Shown: positions 61,831 through 64,000 of the stretch, piece by piece
How positions within the stretch are numbered: the stretch's first letter is position 1
Layout of the letters: every line of letters starts with the position of its first letter
Source of the DNA: Ascidiella aspersa
Lineage: Eukaryota
Length of the DNA stretch: 64,000 bases
Assembly: GCA_963924565.1 (NCBI GenBank)
Contig: OZ004611.1
Coordinates: 19,716,001 to 19,780,000 of the forward strand
Reading direction: 5' to 3'
Program-made: the position numbers and the translations under genes
The notes under the pieces: generated by a model
What the model was told of the DNA's origin: nothing
The model's database searches: none
The model's input: only the letters and a program-made list of their open reading frames with translations

Positions 61831-64000
61831 ATATACATAAAATAAAATATTTAATAACAGTATTTTTTATGCACGTTTTTATATAACCTTGTTTCAATAA
61901 TTTGTTTAAGTGGGGGAAAATGTTGTTACAGAGAATTCAATTGTCTATAAATGTTTCTAAACGGGTCTTCGCTGGTCAAGTGGCCACGGTTTATATTTAC
62001 ATTTGTCAAGGCTATAAGACCTGAGCTTCAGCCGTTCATGGAAACAAGTAGTTGTATAGGCTAAATGTTATTAAGACAAGTGTTAGTCTGGCGGTGGTTT
62101 TTGCTCTTCTGCTGCTAAATTGATAGTTTTAAATTTTTTTTTTTTGGTCAAGTTTTCGTTTGAAAAATACTATACGGTGACCCCCCTGACAACCTTTTTC
62201 GACCCCGGGTAAACCTAATTATTGTCGTTTCCCAATATACTCTGTTAACGGGTCTAGCAACCAAGGATGAACTATCTCGGTAACTACACATCTCCTATTT
62301 TAACGGCGCTATGATTTATTTGCAACTTAAATGCTAAGCGTTGAAAGCGCTGTTGTTGAGAAAAGGTTTGGTCGAGATCAAATTTCTAATTTCACAGCAG
62401 GACAGTCTTATCTTAAAGTATCGCGTTTTTGAAGTCCGGAGGTCATCTGGTTTTGGCAAGCCCTCCGGGTCCGTCATGTGTATTATTCATCGTCCAATTC
62501 TGAAAGTAGCGAACCGGATATATCTTTAAACTCTACGAAACCTTTTTTGCGGTGTTTGCAATACTGAAAAACACACTAACGGTGAGATGCTGTTTCTGGA
62601 ACACTTCGCACGATCATTTTAAACAAGGTTGGACAGGTAACGGGAGGTAGTAATGCAATTGCCAATTTACTGTCCATGAGATTTCTATTCGCTTTCACTT
62701 GTTACACGATTCGCCGAACTTCTATAGCTAATAACATTACAGGTTGGCGCAGTTGGAACTATCGATGAAATAATGAGCTTTCAATGCTAAACTGAAATCC
62801 ACACAAATTCTGTTGTGTTGTTACAAATCATATCTGTTTTTCTGGAGGGAATAAAGCTCATGTTTAATACTGCTTCCACGGACAGCGTAATTGGCTGAAC
62901 CCATGAACTGGTTATTCTTCTTCCACCACTAACGATAATGACGTCCACAAGAATCACGCGACCACAGGGTCATGTTGCACTACTGTGGGTTAGTAAGTCC
63001 GCTCTAAACGAAAAGCACAGCACACATAGAACTACACGTATTTGCGATTTTTTTGTCACATTTGGTACTTGGCAGGTAACGTAGCGAGACTTAAGGTCAT
63101 TTAGAAAAAAACGTCGAACAACACTAACGAATTCCACTCCAAGTCGCAGGGATGCGACAATAGATCCTGATCACTCATGGTAACAACATAAACACAAATT
63201 GATCAAACAACAATAAACCTTAGCTTTAAAGTACAACATTAAACCTAGTTACACACACTAAAAAAAGGCTGGAAAATATATGCATTTTTAAAATGTATCA
63301 TAACTTCAAATTAGTTAGTTATAAACCATCAAAGGATGATTATCCCATAATTTTTAAAAATGCAGTATTAAGAAGATAAATCACAACACACACAGTGCTA
63401 CACGTATTGCGGTTTAGTTTGGATTTTTAACGTCGGATTGTAAATGTAGAAGAAACGTGCATAAGCTACTGCTAATGGTTTAAATCATTTGGCAATTGGC
63501 TTGTAACGTAGCGCAACCGTGGCTTCGGTTTAGGGCTTTTGGAAAATTACTTAGAAACAAAAACAAACAAAAAGTTTTTCGACTACTTTTAAAACTTTAT
63601 GTGGTGATTGCGCGATTTAATTTTACCTTATGAATTTATATCCGCTGTGCTTATCGATCGCTTGGCTCGACCGAAGTACACTAAATCTTGCATTGCAGCG
63701 CGTTCGGCACCAAACATTTTAGAGCCAGGACATTGCGTTTAGGACTTATACGAAACACGGTAAATAGGCGTTTCTGCGTTTCCCCACAAACCAGAATATA
63801 TCGGATTTCTGTATGTAAAGCGCCCTCCATTCAAAGGACGGAAATATCGCATTTACAAGCTTTGGTTCACGATCAGCTTCCAGTAAGCGTGCCCATAAAA
63901 GAATTTAACGTGGAATTGCATGTTTAGTGTGAACCTGCTGTACGGCGTATCCTAGCAATTACCTGTTTATTTCTTGGTACAGCTGCAACCTGATCGCATA

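Overview
AT-rich, intron-containing animal genomic DNA. An invertebrate chordate such as an ascidian is my inference from deuterostome-like proteins, short introns and mosaic CpG depletion. Four host genes are well supported: (1) the 5' end of Bicaudal-C (minus strand, coding exons 1-3; intron 3 appears to run >11.9 kb off the left edge); (2) a divergent FAM210B/DUF1279 gene with 4 coding exons; (3) a GC/CpG-rich CYP4 P450 with only one coding intron; (4) a bifunctional P5CS (ALDH18A1) with an intronless CDS. Weaker candidates are a small single-LDLa-domain gene (47.8-48.3 kb), a decayed LDLa exon upstream of the CYP4, and a spliced orphan ORF with one in-frame TGA (59.1-60.9 kb). Intergenic DNA holds many hAT MITEs with 8-bp TSDs, including three nested insertions. 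It also holds a 5'-truncated Vingi-like LINE, tRNA-derived SINEs, and Penelope-like relics including two hammerhead-ribozyme-like motifs. I found no clearly novel multi-gene system, so the findings are leads rather than discoveries. All family assignments come from motif recall, not database searches.
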